DNA from: an uncultured Actinomycetota bacterium
GTDB lineage: Bacteria > Actinomycetota > Actinomycetes > JAHEKZ01
NCBI GenBank assembly: GCA_963829525.1
Contig: CAWHIJ010000003.1
Location: 288,001-352,000 of the forward strand
Direction of reading: 5' to 3'
DNA: 64,000 bases
Part shown: positions 51,647-61,822 of the stretch, piece after piece
Layout: each line of letters begins with the position of its first letter
Numbering within the stretch: position 1 is the first letter of the stretch
Notes under the pieces: model-generated
What the model saw: only the letters and a program-made list of their open reading frames with translations
What the model was told of the DNA's origin: nothing
Database searches by the model: none
Made by a program: the position numbers and the translations under genes

Positions 51647-52390
51647 TCATTGCGCGAGAATCCGACAAGCGTCAAGCCCGGACTCTCGAGCGAGGTCGAC
51701 GGCGAGCGTCGACGGCGCAGACACCGCAGCCAGCATCGGAATGCCAGCCATCACTGCCTTCTGCGTCAGCTCGAAGGACGCGCGAGCACTCACCTGAAGC
51801 AGCCATTCCGAGGCTGGAAGCGCCTCGTGCTGCAGCGCCCAGCCGACGACCTTGTCGACGGCGTTGTGGCGTCCGACATCTTCGCGGATGCAGACCGGGT
51901 CGCCGTTGAAGGTGAAGAGGCCAGCTGCGTGCAAGCCACCGGTGCGGTCGAACGCCGACTGCGCAGCGCGGAGTCGGTCGGGCAGCGCTGCGATCACCGT
52001 TGGCGAGATGGTGGCGGCGTTGCCGAGCACGGCGCCCCGGCGCGTGACGACCTCGGTGATGCTGTCGGCGCCACAGATGCCGCAGGCGCTGCTGGTCATG
52101 GTCAGCCGCGGTGCCGGTGGGATGAGTCTGTTGGCCAGGCGCACCTCAACGGTGTTCTCGTCACAAGCGATCGCGCCGATGACGTCTTGCGGGGTGTGCA
52201 CCGTTCCTTCGGAGACGAGCCACCCGAGCGCAAGCTCGATGTCGTGCCCCGGCGTCCGCATCGTCGTCGCGGTGTCGACCCCGTTGACCCGGATCGTGAG
52301 GGGCTCCTCGACCGCGAGCTGGTCGACGACCTCGGTGGCTACACCGTCGCGAAGCCGGGTCATCCGGCGTCGGTCTACGAGGCGTCCCAT
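51647..52390 (-). CDS. fdhD: Formate dehydrogenase accessory sulfurtransferase (C-terminus frameshifted)
   Basis: EEPL, TMRTPG, SACGICG, TGGLHAA, EDVGRHNAVDK, VSAPS. The expected tail GLTLVGF and SFNCYAG lies in two other frames. Confidence 0.9.
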   Translation of the reverse strand: MGRLVDRRRMTRLRDGVATEVVDQLAVEEPLTIRVNGVDTATTMRTPGHDIELALGWLVSEGTVHTPQDVIGAIACDENTVEVRLANRLIPPAPRLTMTSSACGICGADSITEVVTRRGAVLGNAATISPTVIAALPDRLRAAQSAFDRTGGLHAAGLFTFNGDPVCIREDVGRHNAVDKVVGWALQHEALPASEWLLQVSARASFELTQKAVMAGIPMLAAVSAPSTLAVDLARESGLDACRILAQ

Positions 52391-52436
52391 GGAACAACGG
52401 TGCCACAGGATGGGACAGATGGCGTCGCGCGTTCCA

Positions 52437-53162
52437 TCAGATGACCCGTTTGAAGGCGTTCGCGCAGGGCGGTCCCTCGGCATGGTCGTAGCGGACGCCG
52501 CCCGAGGTGACGACGACGGTGGCGCTCGAGACGGTGCCGTAGCGCTCGGCGTGGATGCAGGCGGGTGATCCGGCGTCTGAGGTCTCGTGCGACCGCAAGA
52601 TGTCGCCGAGGAGCAGGACGAGGTCGTCGGGGCTTGCTGCTGACGCGAGCGCGGCCTGCGCCTGGCCGCGGATGCGGGTGGCCTTGGGGTCGGCCGGGTC
52701 GTCAAGGTCCTGCTCGGTGAGCACATGGATGCCGGGTGTGAGCTGAGCGGTGACGCGTCCGCGTCCGTCGTCCAGCGACGTCCAGAACGCGGCCTGGCGC
52801 GAGGCGTAGAGCACGTTGACGGGGTTGAAGTCGCCCGGTTGCAGCGACTCCATCCAGGCCAACGCGTCGGTGTCAGAGCCAGCGAGGACCTCCAGCGGCA
52901 GCGTGCCGCGAGTTCGACGGGAGGGGTCTGGGGCTGCGAAGACTCCGCCGGGATGCCGGTTCGTCACCGCACCGATCCGCCCCTCGGGGTCGACGGCCAA
53001 CCAGGTGCCGCCCGCCAGCCGGTCACGCCCGCCCCATCTGGGTGGCTCCGACGTGAGGAGCAACGGCGGGTCGCTTGGGCGTCCCAAGAGCTCATCGCGG
53101 TTGGCGGCGACGACCAAGGGAACTTCGGGGTAGCACTGCGACGCGACGATGACGGTGCACAC
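52437..53162 (-). CDS. NRDE/TANGO2 family protein
   Basis: N-terminal MC, ANRDE, RDRLAGGTWL, YGTVS. Confidence 0.9.
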   Translation of the reverse strand: MCTVIVASQCYPEVPLVVAANRDELLGRPSDPPLLLTSEPPRWGGRDRLAGGTWLAVDPEGRIGAVTNRHPGGVFAAPDPSRRTRGTLPLEVLAGSDTDALAWMESLQPGDFNPVNVLYASRQAAFWTSLDDGRGRVTAQLTPGIHVLTEQDLDDPADPKATRIRGQAQAALASAASPDDLVLLLGDILRSHETSDAGSPACIHAERYGTVSSATVVVTSGGVRYDHAEGPPCANAFKRVI

Positions 53163-53205
53163 CCGATCACTCTAAGTGGACGAGCCCCTTTGCAGCTGAT
53201 GTGCG

Positions 53206-53234
53206 TGCATCATATACGGTGATGGTATGATGCA
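53206..53234. promoter_or_regulatory. vapBC operator overlapping a -10 TATGAT
   Basis: TGCATCATA-N11-TATGATGCA perfect inverted repeat; ATG 7 nt after TATGAT. Confidence 0.7.
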
Positions 53235-53238
53235 TGTC

Positions 53239-53487
53239 ATGCGTACCACGGTCACGCTGGATGACGACACGACCAATCTCGTGCGACGGCGCATGGCCGA
53301 ACGTGGGGTGGGCTTCAAACAGGCTCTGAACGACCTCATCCGTGAGACCGCCGAGCGCGGACGCCAACCTTTCCGAACCCCGACCTTCGCCATGGGTCAG
53401 CCAACGGTTGACCTCACGAAGGCGCTCCAGCTAGCAGCCCAACTCGAGGACGACGAGATCCAGCGCAAGCTGCACCGCGGCGTATGA
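53239..53487 (+). CDS. vapB: VapB antitoxin (RHH type)
   Basis: MRTTVTLDDD, FKQALNDLIR, LEDDE tail; overlaps the PIN gene. Confidence 0.88.
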   Translation: MRTTVTLDDDTTNLVRRRMAERGVGFKQALNDLIRETAERGRQPFRTPTFAMGQPTVDLTKALQLAAQLEDDEIQRKLHRGV

Positions 53488-53915
53488 ACTTCCCGGACGC
53501 AAATGTCTTGGTCTACGCGGTCAACACCAAGGCAGCCCAGCACCTGGTGGCTCGTGACTGGCTCGACAGGGCGCTCAACGGTGATCGAACGGTCGGGTTC
53601 GCCTGGTCAGTCCTGCTCGCCTTCGTCCGGGTGTCGACCAACCCCGCAATCTTCCCCACCCCGCTGTCGGTCGGCGATTCGATGGACGTTGTTGACGGCT
53701 GGACGAGCCAACCCTCGGCGGTCATCGTGAATCCTGGTAAGGGTCACGGGGCCGTTCTCGGTGACCTCCTGCGAACAGCGCAGCAGGGTGGGAACTTGGT
53801 TTCGGACGCCCATCTCGCGGCGTTGGCTTTGGAGAACAAAGGAACGGTCGTGTCGTTCGACCGTGACTTCGGGAGGTTCGCCGGGGTCAAGTGGTTGATT
53901 CCCGGCAGCGTCTAG
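53484..53915 (+). CDS. vapC: VapC PIN-domain toxin
   Basis: DANVLVYA, NLVSDAHLAALALE, SFDRDF. Confidence 0.92.
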   Translation: MNFPDANVLVYAVNTKAAQHLVARDWLDRALNGDRTVGFAWSVLLAFVRVSTNPAIFPTPLSVGDSMDVVDGWTSQPSAVIVNPGKGHGAVLGDLLRTAQQGGNLVSDAHLAALALENKGTVVSFDRDFGRFAGVKWLIPGSV

Positions 53916-55552
53916 GGGCGAAGGGCTTCGTAGGCCATGACGGCGGCGTGGAGTGACGTGCAGGCCTCGGCGGAGTCGAGGTCCACCGAGAGCACCTTCT
54001 CGATCGTGGTCAGCCGTTGGTAGAAGGCTTGCCGCGACAGGTGTGCGGCGTCGGCCGCTGCCGACTTGTTGCGTCCATGCGTGAGATAGATCTGCAGCGC
54101 GCCGACGAGATCGGTGCCGTTCTTGGCGTCGTGGTCGAGAAGCGGTCCGAGGGTTCGCTCGACGAAGGCCTGCAGTCGCGGGTCTGCCCCGAGCACGTAC
54201 AACAGCCCGCGCAACTGAACGTCCGGCAGTTCGTAGTACGGCTTCACCTCCGGTGACCCCTGCGCCGCCTCCGCTGCGTGGGCCGCCTCCGCGAACGAGC
54301 GCCGCACGGCGTCGAGGTCACGCACCCACGAGCCGACGCCGATCACCGGCCGGCTGACGTTGGCCGAGTCGGCCTTCGCCAGGACGTGCTGCGCCACCCG
54401 GGTCAGCAGCACGGATGCGTCGGCGCCGTCAGGCAGTGGCAACAGGACTCCGACGCGTCCAGGTCGCAGCGAGCCAACCAGCGCCTTGACGTCTGCCGAT
54501 CGCAGTGCGGACGCCACGAGCTCGGCCTCGAGGTCGCGCGGTCTGGCGTGCGGCTGGTGGGCTCGGTCGGCGCTCAGCTCGACGACGACCGCGACCAGCT
54601 CACGTCGAGCCGTGGGGACTCCGAGCGCCGCCGTACGCGCATGAACGTCGTCTGACGACTCAAAGCGGCGGTCGATGATGTCGGCCAGCGTGGTGCGATG
54701 CGCCTGCAGCTCCATCGGGTCCTGCTGCTGCTCAAGGAGCCGGTTGAGAGTGAGTGCCGTCGCAGCCCGTTCCAGCACCATCAGCTGCAAGGGACCGGGT
54801 TCGCCATCCGGCAAGAGCACGAGACGCCCCCACACCTCACCGCGCGCCTCGACCATCGCCACGACCCACCCCTCCGGCCCGCAGACGTCACTGTGCGCTG
54901 ACGTCTGCGCGGCGCGCGAGCGCGTGCTCCAGTCGCGCAGCACCTCGTCCGTCGACCGCGCCGCTGGTGCATGAGCCACGACCTGGTGCACGAGGTTCTC
55001 GAACACGACGGCGCAACCGGAGAGCCGAGCGGCCTCGTGCACGATCGAAGAGGCCGACGCGCCCTCGACGCAGAGCCGGGTGAAGACGCGGTGCGCCGAC
55101 TCAGAGGCGTGCAGGGCGCTGATCTGTTCCTCGACGATCAACGAATGCACCGCCTGGGTGACCTTGACGAAGCGCAGCTCGCGCTGCAGCGAGATCAGCG
55201 GCAGCCGGTGTCCTTCACAGGCCCTGACGAGGGCGCGCGGCAGCTCGGAGTAACGTCGCCCCAGCTCGACCACGAGGGCCACAGCGCCAGCTGTCGCGAG
55301 TGCGTCGGCGTAGGTGCGAAGCGCCTCGTCCGTCTCCGGAAGAGCGATTCCGGTAGTCAGGATCACCTCGCCGCCCGACAGCAGCCCAGCGATGTCCGGC
55401 AGCTCGCTGACGTGGACCCAGCGCACCTTGGCGTCGAGCCCTCGGGCACCAGCGTCGACGCGCGGCAGGCCAACGGCGACATCCGGCAGCCTGAGGATGT
55501 CGCGAACACGCGGAAGCGCCGCCTGGGCGGTGAGGGCTGCGCGATCGGACAT
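53912..55552 (-). CDS. PucR family transcriptional regulator
   Basis: N-terminal RWVHVSE..LSGGEVILTTG and C-terminal HTH (NKSAAADAAHLSRQAFYQRL). Confidence 0.92.
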   Translation of the reverse strand: MSDRAALTAQAALPRVRDILRLPDVAVGLPRVDAGARGLDAKVRWVHVSELPDIAGLLSGGEVILTTGIALPETDEALRTYADALATAGAVALVVELGRRYSELPRALVRACEGHRLPLISLQRELRFVKVTQAVHSLIVEEQISALHASESAHRVFTRLCVEGASASSIVHEAARLSGCAVVFENLVHQVVAHAPAARSTDEVLRDWSTRSRAAQTSAHSDVCGPEGWVVAMVEARGEVWGRLVLLPDGEPGPLQLMVLERAATALTLNRLLEQQQDPMELQAHRTTLADIIDRRFESSDDVHARTAALGVPTARRELVAVVVELSADRAHQPHARPRDLEAELVASALRSADVKALVGSLRPGRVGVLLPLPDGADASVLLTRVAQHVLAKADSANVSRPVIGVGSWVRDLDAVRRSFAEAAHAAEAAQGSPEVKPYYELPDVQLRGLLYVLGADPRLQAFVERTLGPLLDHDAKNGTDLVGALQIYLTHGRNKSAAADAAHLSRQAFYQRLTTIEKVLSVDLDSAEACTSLHAAVMAYEALRP

Positions 55553-55891
55553 GGCACCCCTCGTGGCTCGTCTCCCGGCTGGTTCGGCCGCCGTCTCCGG
55601 TGTCCGCGAGAGTAGCGACTGAGCGAAGTGCTTCGTTTCCGAAGTCGATTTTCGGGCGCGCACGCCCAGGGCCATCTGTTCCGGCCAACACGGTTCGATT
55701 ACAAACGCTAGACGCGTCCGGATTGAGCGGTTAGGTTCGGCCCACGCAGCAGGCACTGCTGGGTCGAGTGTGTGTGGAGTCCGGCGATTGTGCGGTCTGA
55801 GGGGGCGCAAGCCGGAGATCTTCCCGTCACACGTGGGTGAGGTTCACGAGAGGCCGGTGGCCGCACGGTGCGGCGCCAGGAGGGATTGGGC

Positions 55892-57751
55892 ATGTTGATG
55901 ACGCGGAGGGCTCTTCGATGGAGCGCCCTGGCGACCACGGCCGTGGTGGCAGGGATACTGCCATTGGCAGCGGCAGGGGGTTCGGCCCAGGCCGCTGAGC
56001 AGAGCGGCAAGAACATCTTCGTCGTCGGAATGCTGCAGGACGTCGACAATCTCAATCCCTTCAAAGGCATCACGGTTGCCGCCTACGAGTCGTGGGCGCT
56101 GACCTACGGTTACCTCACCGGCTACAGCGCCGAGGACTTCTCGCCGGTACCGGCACTGGCCGAGAGTTGGTCTGCTTCGGACGACGAGCTCACGTGGACC
56201 TACAACCTGCGCAAGGACGCGGTCTTCTCTGACGGGGTGCCGCTGACCTCGGCCGACGTCGCCTACTCGTTCAATCGGGTAATGGCCGGTGAGTCGATCG
56301 AGAAGACGAACTACGGCAGCTACGTGAAGAACATCGCCAGCGTCAAGGCGGTCGATGACTACACGGTCGAGATGACCGTCAAAAAGCCATCAGCAATCAT
56401 GAACAACTTGGCAGTCCCGATCTTGCCCGAGCACATCTGGAGCAAGATCAGTGCTGATGAGCTGAAGACTTACACCAATGAACCTGGTTCGGACCCCCCG
56501 GGCATGGTGGGTTCTGGCCCGTTCGTGATGACTGATGCGGTCAAAGGTCAGTACTACCGGTACACCACAAACCCGGATTGGTACGGCCAGACACCGAACA
56601 TCGACGGTATCGAGTTCAAGATCTACCAGAACGACAACGGACTGGTGACCGCGCTTGAGAACGGTGAGGTCGACTTCGCCGATGACATCGAGGCATCGTT
56701 GTTCAACACCCTTGAGGGCAAGGACAACATCACAGCGAAGTCGTCGCAGTACTCCGGCTTCAACTACCTGACGTTCAACGGTGGGGCGCAGACTGTCGAC
56801 GGAACCCCGATCGGGACGGGTCACCCGTCGCTGAAGGATCCGATCGTTCGTGAGGCGATCCACTACGCCATCGATGAGAACGCATTAGTTGATCGCACCT
56901 TGCAGGGCCGTGGGGCGCCGGGTGACACGTTTATCCCGCCGATCTACAGCGATTTCCACCTGAGCATCGCGGATCCGATCAGCTATGACCCCGATAAGGC
57001 CAACCAGTTGCTCGACGACGCCGGGTATACGAAAGGGTCGGACGGCATTCGCACCATGCCGGATGGCTCGGATCCGCTCGTCTACCAGCTGTACTCGCGG
57101 CAGAACTCCAAGACGTCGCAGACGACGATCCAGTTGCTGCAGGGCTTCCTGAAGGACATCGGTATCGACTCGAACGCGGAGTCGGTGTCGGAGGGTCGCC
57201 TGTACGGCATCGCTGGGGATGGCACCTTTGACATGTACGAGTGGGGGTGGGTGGTTGAGCCCGATCCTGACTACCAGTCCTCGGTCTTCACCTGCGGCCA
57301 GATGAGCTACGAAACCGGCAGTGGGCAGATCTACGCCGGACTCAACGACAGTTTCTACTGCAACAAGGAGTACGACAAGCTCTACCAAGAGCAGAGCACC
57401 GAGACCGACCGCACTGCCCGGGCTGACATCGTCAAGCAGATGCAGCAGATGGTCTACGACGCGAATGCGTACGTCATCTACGAGGTGTACGACTACCTGC
57501 AGGCGTACCGCAGTGACCGTTACACCGGTTTTGTCGAGCAACCCTCTGACAACGGCGCGATCTTGTTCCAGTACGGCATCTACTCGTACTTGAACATCGA
57601 ACCGGTCACCGCCGGTGCTGGCTCGGCAAGTTCGAATGAGACGAACACCGCCCTGATCGTCGGTGGTGTGGCTGCGGCTGCGGTGCTGGTTGGCTTGATC
57701 GTGTGGTTGGCGACTCGTGGGCGTCGCGGTAGCGGCGCCGACGTGGAGTAG
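55892..57751 (+). CDS. ABC substrate-binding protein, family 5 (Opp/Dpp type), C-terminal TM anchor
   Basis: LAESW, FSDGVPLTSADVAYSF, VGSGPF, VREAIHYAID; signal peptide ending AQA, no lipobox Cys; hydrophobic C-terminal helix. Confidence 0.92.
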   Translation: MLMTRRALRWSALATTAVVAGILPLAAAGGSAQAAEQSGKNIFVVGMLQDVDNLNPFKGITVAAYESWALTYGYLTGYSAEDFSPVPALAESWSASDDELTWTYNLRKDAVFSDGVPLTSADVAYSFNRVMAGESIEKTNYGSYVKNIASVKAVDDYTVEMTVKKPSAIMNNLAVPILPEHIWSKISADELKTYTNEPGSDPPGMVGSGPFVMTDAVKGQYYRYTTNPDWYGQTPNIDGIEFKIYQNDNGLVTALENGEVDFADDIEASLFNTLEGKDNITAKSSQYSGFNYLTFNGGAQTVDGTPIGTGHPSLKDPIVREAIHYAIDENALVDRTLQGRGAPGDTFIPPIYSDFHLSIADPISYDPDKANQLLDDAGYTKGSDGIRTMPDGSDPLVYQLYSRQNSKTSQTTIQLLQGFLKDIGIDSNAESVSEGRLYGIAGDGTFDMYEWGWVVEPDPDYQSSVFTCGQMSYETGSGQIYAGLNDSFYCNKEYDKLYQEQSTETDRTARADIVKQMQQMVYDANAYVIYEVYDYLQAYRSDRYTGFVEQPSDNGAILFQYGIYSYLNIEPVTAGAGSASSNETNTALIVGGVAAAAVLVGLIVWLATRGRRGSGADVE

Positions 57752-57755
57752 CTGA

Positions 57756-58835
57756 GTGGCTCAGCTTGAACCCGCAGGTGGGTCTGCGGCAGCAGTGGAT
57801 CCGACCGGTGACGGAGCGCTGGACTCGACCTCAGAGGGTCGGGTCCAGCGCGGCTCACGGGTATCTGGGTTGTGGCGGTTCACCGGTCGTCGGCTGCTGA
57901 CGGGGCTGGGCACGCTGATCTTCGTGCTTTTCGTCAACTTCTTCATGTTCCAGATGCTCCCGGGCGACCCGCTCGCACGCTACAAGGGCGCGCGCGAAAT
58001 CTCTGCGGCAGACCTTGCCAAGCTTCGGGCTGAGCTCGACGCGCCTCTGTGGCAGCAGTTCTTCAACTACCTCAAAGATCCCCTGCAGCTGGACTCGTAT
58101 TCCACGATCCAGGGAAAGCCGGTGTGGGACGTCATTGCTGCCTCGACAACGCCCACGCTGATCTTGTTGGGAACGTCCACACTGATCGCCACGATTGCCG
58201 GAATCTGGATCGGCATCCGGGCTGGTTGGAACCGGGGAAGCCGCTTCGACAAGAACTCCACGGCAGTCACTCTCTTCCTTTATGCGACCCCGGAGTTCTG
58301 GCTTGGTCTCATCCTGATCCTGGTGTTCTCGACGGGTATTGGGCCTTTTCCTGGGATCTTCCCCAGCGGGTCGTTCATTGGGTCAGGGCTCGATCCATGG
58401 TCGATTGAAGGAGCGATCAGCATCGCGTTCCATACGGTGCTGCCTGCGTCAGCGTTGGCAGCGGTCTATCTGGCTGACTATTCGTTGATCATGCGGGCCT
58501 CCATGGTCGATGAGTTGGGCCAGGACTACCTCATGACTGCACGTGCGAAGGGTTTGATGGACCGAGCCATTCGGCGTGGTCACTGCGTTCCGAATGCATC
58601 GCTGCCGACGATCACGTTGATCTTCCTCAACATCGGATTCATCATCGGTGGAGCCATCACCGTGGAGACGGTGTTTTCCTATCCGGGGCTCGGTCTGCTC
58701 ACCTGGAACGCGATCACCTTCCAAGATCTACCGCTTCTGCAGGCGCTCTTCCTGCTCTTCAGTGTCTCGGTGATCGTGTTCAACCTCATTGCCGACATCG
58801 TGATCGCTGCGGTTGACCCGAGGATTCGTCTGTGA
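57756..58835 (+). CDS. ABC permease (OppB/DppB-like)
   Basis: PGDP, DYLMTARAKGL, ITVETVFSYPGLG, DPRIR. Confidence 0.92.
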   Translation: MAQLEPAGGSAAAVDPTGDGALDSTSEGRVQRGSRVSGLWRFTGRRLLTGLGTLIFVLFVNFFMFQMLPGDPLARYKGAREISAADLAKLRAELDAPLWQQFFNYLKDPLQLDSYSTIQGKPVWDVIAASTTPTLILLGTSTLIATIAGIWIGIRAGWNRGSRFDKNSTAVTLFLYATPEFWLGLILILVFSTGIGPFPGIFPSGSFIGSGLDPWSIEGAISIAFHTVLPASALAAVYLADYSLIMRASMVDELGQDYLMTARAKGLMDRAIRRGHCVPNASLPTITLIFLNIGFIIGGAITVETVFSYPGLGLLTWNAITFQDLPLLQALFLLFSVSVIVFNLIADIVIAAVDPRIRL

Positions 58836-59764
58836 GTACCGACACCGCTCCGCAACGCATACCGCAGTCAGTGAGGGCGATCCGCTGGCAGCGTCGGCGG
58901 GTCTCGACCACACGCTTCGTCAAGACGTTCGTCAAGCATCGGTCGGGTATGGCGGGGATCGGCATCCTTGTCTTCTTCGTGGTCGTGGCATTGACTGCAC
59001 CGCTGGTCTTTCCCGCCTATTTGCTTGACCCGAACCAGAACCTGCAGAACGGTCAGCTTGAGGCGCCGTCCTCGAGTTTCTACTACTGGTTGGGCACCGA
59101 CGAGCTCGGCCGATCGGTGATGGCAGAGCTGGCATGGGGGACGCGTCCGTCGTTGGTGGTGGGGATTCTTGCCTCGATCATCGCAATGGTCATCGGCACC
59201 CTCGTCGGTATCGCCAGCGGCCACTTCAGAGGTTTGTTCGGTGGTGCCATGGAACGGCTCACCGACTGGTTTCTGGTACTGCCGTTCGTGCCGCTGGTCA
59301 TTGTGCTGCAGGCGGTGCTGGGGCAGACGTCGATCTGGATCACGGTCGTCGTGCTCGGTATCACCTCGTGGCCGGGGACCTCCCGTCTAGTGCGAGCACA
59401 GACTCTGAGTGTGGAGGCGCGGCCCTATATCGAACGAGCCAAAGTACTGGGCAACAGCGACTGGATGCAGATGGTTCATCACGTGCTGCCCAATGTGATG
59501 CCGCTGGTAATTGCCAACACCACACTGACCGTCGCAATCGTGATTCTGTCGATGACGACGCTTGCATTCTTGGGGTTGCTGGACCCGAACATGATCTCGT
59601 GGGGTGGCATGCTCGACTCCGCCGACAACTCTGGTGCGGCACTGCAGGGTGCCTGGTGGTTCCTGCTCCCGCCAGGGCTTTGCGTGATCTTCGTGGTGCT
59701 CGCGTTCACCCTGATCGGGCGCACGCTCGAAGTCGTTCTGAACCCGCGCTTGGGGAGCAACTGA
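58832..59764 (+). CDS. ABC permease (OppC/DppC-like)
   Basis: LGTDELGR, YIERAKVLG, HVLPN, SWGGML. Confidence 0.92.
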   Translation: MSTDTAPQRIPQSVRAIRWQRRRVSTTRFVKTFVKHRSGMAGIGILVFFVVVALTAPLVFPAYLLDPNQNLQNGQLEAPSSSFYYWLGTDELGRSVMAELAWGTRPSLVVGILASIIAMVIGTLVGIASGHFRGLFGGAMERLTDWFLVLPFVPLVIVLQAVLGQTSIWITVVVLGITSWPGTSRLVRAQTLSVEARPYIERAKVLGNSDWMQMVHHVLPNVMPLVIANTTLTVAIVILSMTTLAFLGLLDPNMISWGGMLDSADNSGAALQGAWWFLLPPGLCVIFVVLAFTLIGRTLEVVLNPRLGSN

Positions 59765-59765
59765 A

Positions 59766-60743
59766 ATGGCAGTCCTCGAGATGCGGGACGTCTCATTGAC
59801 CTACCACCCCGCAGAGGGTCCCGTCCCGGCGGTTCGCGGTGTGAACCTGTCGGTCGCGGCGGGTGAAGTGGTGGGCGTGGCCGGTGAGTCCGGATGCGGT
59901 AAGTCGACGCTGATCTCGACGGTGCTGCGCCTGTACCCCAAGAACGCCACCGTAGAGGGTGAAGTGCTCGTCGACGGCGAGAACGTGTTCGACATGAAGT
60001 GGAATCGGATGCGCGCGGTCCGGTGGGGTGAAGCGGCCGTCGTCTTCCAGGGCGCACTGCACTCACTCAATCCCATTCAGAAGATCGGCAAGCAGCTGTC
60101 TGAACCGATCCTGGTGCACGAAAAGGGCGCCACCGAGGCGTCAGCTATGAAGAAGGTACGTGAGCTGCTTGATCAGGTCGGGCTTCCCACGCGGCACGCG
60201 GACGCCTACCCGCATCAACTCTCAGGCGGGCAGAAGCAACGCATCATGATCGCCCTCGCCCTCACCTGCGACCCGTCGGTCTTGCTCTGCGACGAGCCGA
60301 CCACCGCCCTCGACGTCATGGTGCAGGCACAGATCCTCGATTTGCTCAAGGGGATCGCCCGCGAACGCTCAATGGGCATGGTGATCATCAGCCACGATCT
60401 CTCCGTGCTGGCGTCCAACTGCGACCGGATCGCCATCATGTACGCGGGACGCGTCGTCGAGCAAGGCGTCGCCCAAGACCTCTTCAGCAGCCCGGCGCAT
60501 CCCTACACCCGAGCCCTGATGGGAGCATTCCCCACGATCGGCGATGACCAGTCGCGCTACTCACCGAGCGGGCTACCCGGTGACCCTCCCTTCCCCGGCG
60601 ACCTGCCCAGCGGTTGCGCCTTCCACCCGCGTTGCCCGATAGCCACCGACGAATGCGCCACCGCTGTGGTCGACCTCAAAGTGGTCGGCCCCCGACGCGA
60701 GGCCGCCTGCATCCACATCACCCAGGGGGCATCGACACCGTGA
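59766..60743 (+). CDS. ABC ATP-binding protein (OppD-like)
   Basis: GESGCGKST, YPHQLSGGQKQR, DEPTTALD, HPYT, GCAFHPRC. Confidence 0.93.
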   Translation: MAVLEMRDVSLTYHPAEGPVPAVRGVNLSVAAGEVVGVAGESGCGKSTLISTVLRLYPKNATVEGEVLVDGENVFDMKWNRMRAVRWGEAAVVFQGALHSLNPIQKIGKQLSEPILVHEKGATEASAMKKVRELLDQVGLPTRHADAYPHQLSGGQKQRIMIALALTCDPSVLLCDEPTTALDVMVQAQILDLLKGIARERSMGMVIISHDLSVLASNCDRIAIMYAGRVVEQGVAQDLFSSPAHPYTRALMGAFPTIGDDQSRYSPSGLPGDPPFPGDLPSGCAFHPRCPIATDECATAVVDLKVVGPRREAACIHITQGASTP

Positions 60744-61771
60744 GCAGCGCAGCCGAGCAGTTCCCACTGTCAGCCGACAGCGCCATTGAGGTCGACGACC
60801 TCCACGTCACCTTTGCTGGTCGCGACGGCGGAATCGCCAAGGCCGTGGACGGCGTCAACCTCGACATTCGCAAGGGCGAGATCATCGCCATGGTCGGAGA
60901 GTCTGGCTGTGGCAAGACCACGCTGGCTCGCACCATCTTGGGCCTGGAAAAGCCAGCATCTGGCCAGGTCCGGTTCCACGGCGACCCGCTGGAGTACAGC
61001 GGGCGGGCGCTGAAGCGCTACCGCAAGCACGTCCAACTGGTGCTGCAAGACCCCACCGGATCGCTCAACCCGCGCCACTCTGTGTACGAAGCAGTTGCCG
61101 AAGGACCCAGGACACACGGCATGGACGACGAGATCGGACGCGTCACCCGAGCCATGTCGATGGCCGGGCTCCGTCCGCCCGAGCGCTTCTTCCTGCGCTA
61201 CCCCCACGAGCTCTCCGGCGGCCAGCGTCAACGAGTCGTTATCGCAGGTGCCCTCGCACTGGACCCCGAGATCATCATCGCCGACGAACCAGTCAGCAGC
61301 CTCGACGCGTCCGTGCGCGGCGAAATCCTTGCCCTGATGCTCAAACTGCGCGAAGAGCTTGGCCTCACACTGCTCGTCGTCACCCACGACCTCGGCCTCG
61401 CCTGGAACATCGCCGACCGCATCGTCGTGATGTATCTCGGACGTGTCGTCGAACAGGGCCCGACCGAGCAAGTACTGAACAACCCGCAACACCCCTACAC
61501 CCGAGCGCTGCTGTCAGTAGTCCCCGAGATGCACGGCATGGAGCAGATCGTCCTGTCCGGCGAAGCACCGGACCCCACGAAGATTCCTTCCGGCTGCCGC
61601 TTCCATCCCCGCTGCCAAGAAGTCCGCGATGGCGGCGCCGAAGCCGCCGGCGTTCTCGGAGCCTGCACCACCATCAGCCCCACGATCCTGTCGGCGCACA
61701 TTCCGGTTGGTGCTGCCGCCCTCGGACATGACTCCGCCTGCCACCTGGTCGTACCCCCACCGTCTGCCTGA
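60740..61771 (+). CDS. ABC ATP-binding protein (OppF-like)
   Basis: GESGCGKTT, YPHELSGGQRQR, DEPVSSLD, GCRFHPRC; GTG overlaps the previous stop. Confidence 0.93.
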   Translation: MSSAAEQFPLSADSAIEVDDLHVTFAGRDGGIAKAVDGVNLDIRKGEIIAMVGESGCGKTTLARTILGLEKPASGQVRFHGDPLEYSGRALKRYRKHVQLVLQDPTGSLNPRHSVYEAVAEGPRTHGMDDEIGRVTRAMSMAGLRPPERFFLRYPHELSGGQRQRVVIAGALALDPEIIIADEPVSSLDASVRGEILALMLKLREELGLTLLVVTHDLGLAWNIADRIVVMYLGRVVEQGPTEQVLNNPQHPYTRALLSVVPEMHGMEQIVLSGEAPDPTKIPSGCRFHPRCQEVRDGGAEAAGVLGACTTISPTILSAHIPVGAAALGHDSACHLVVPPPSA

Positions 61772-61822
61772 CGCGCCCCGCGGCCGTCCCTTGCACTGCG
61801 CCGTGATGAGCGGGTGAGTCGT

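Noticed and set aside
53239-53915. vapBC as a marker of a mobile element
   Set aside because: No transposase, integrase or flanking repeats; solitary chromosomal vapBC pairs are common.
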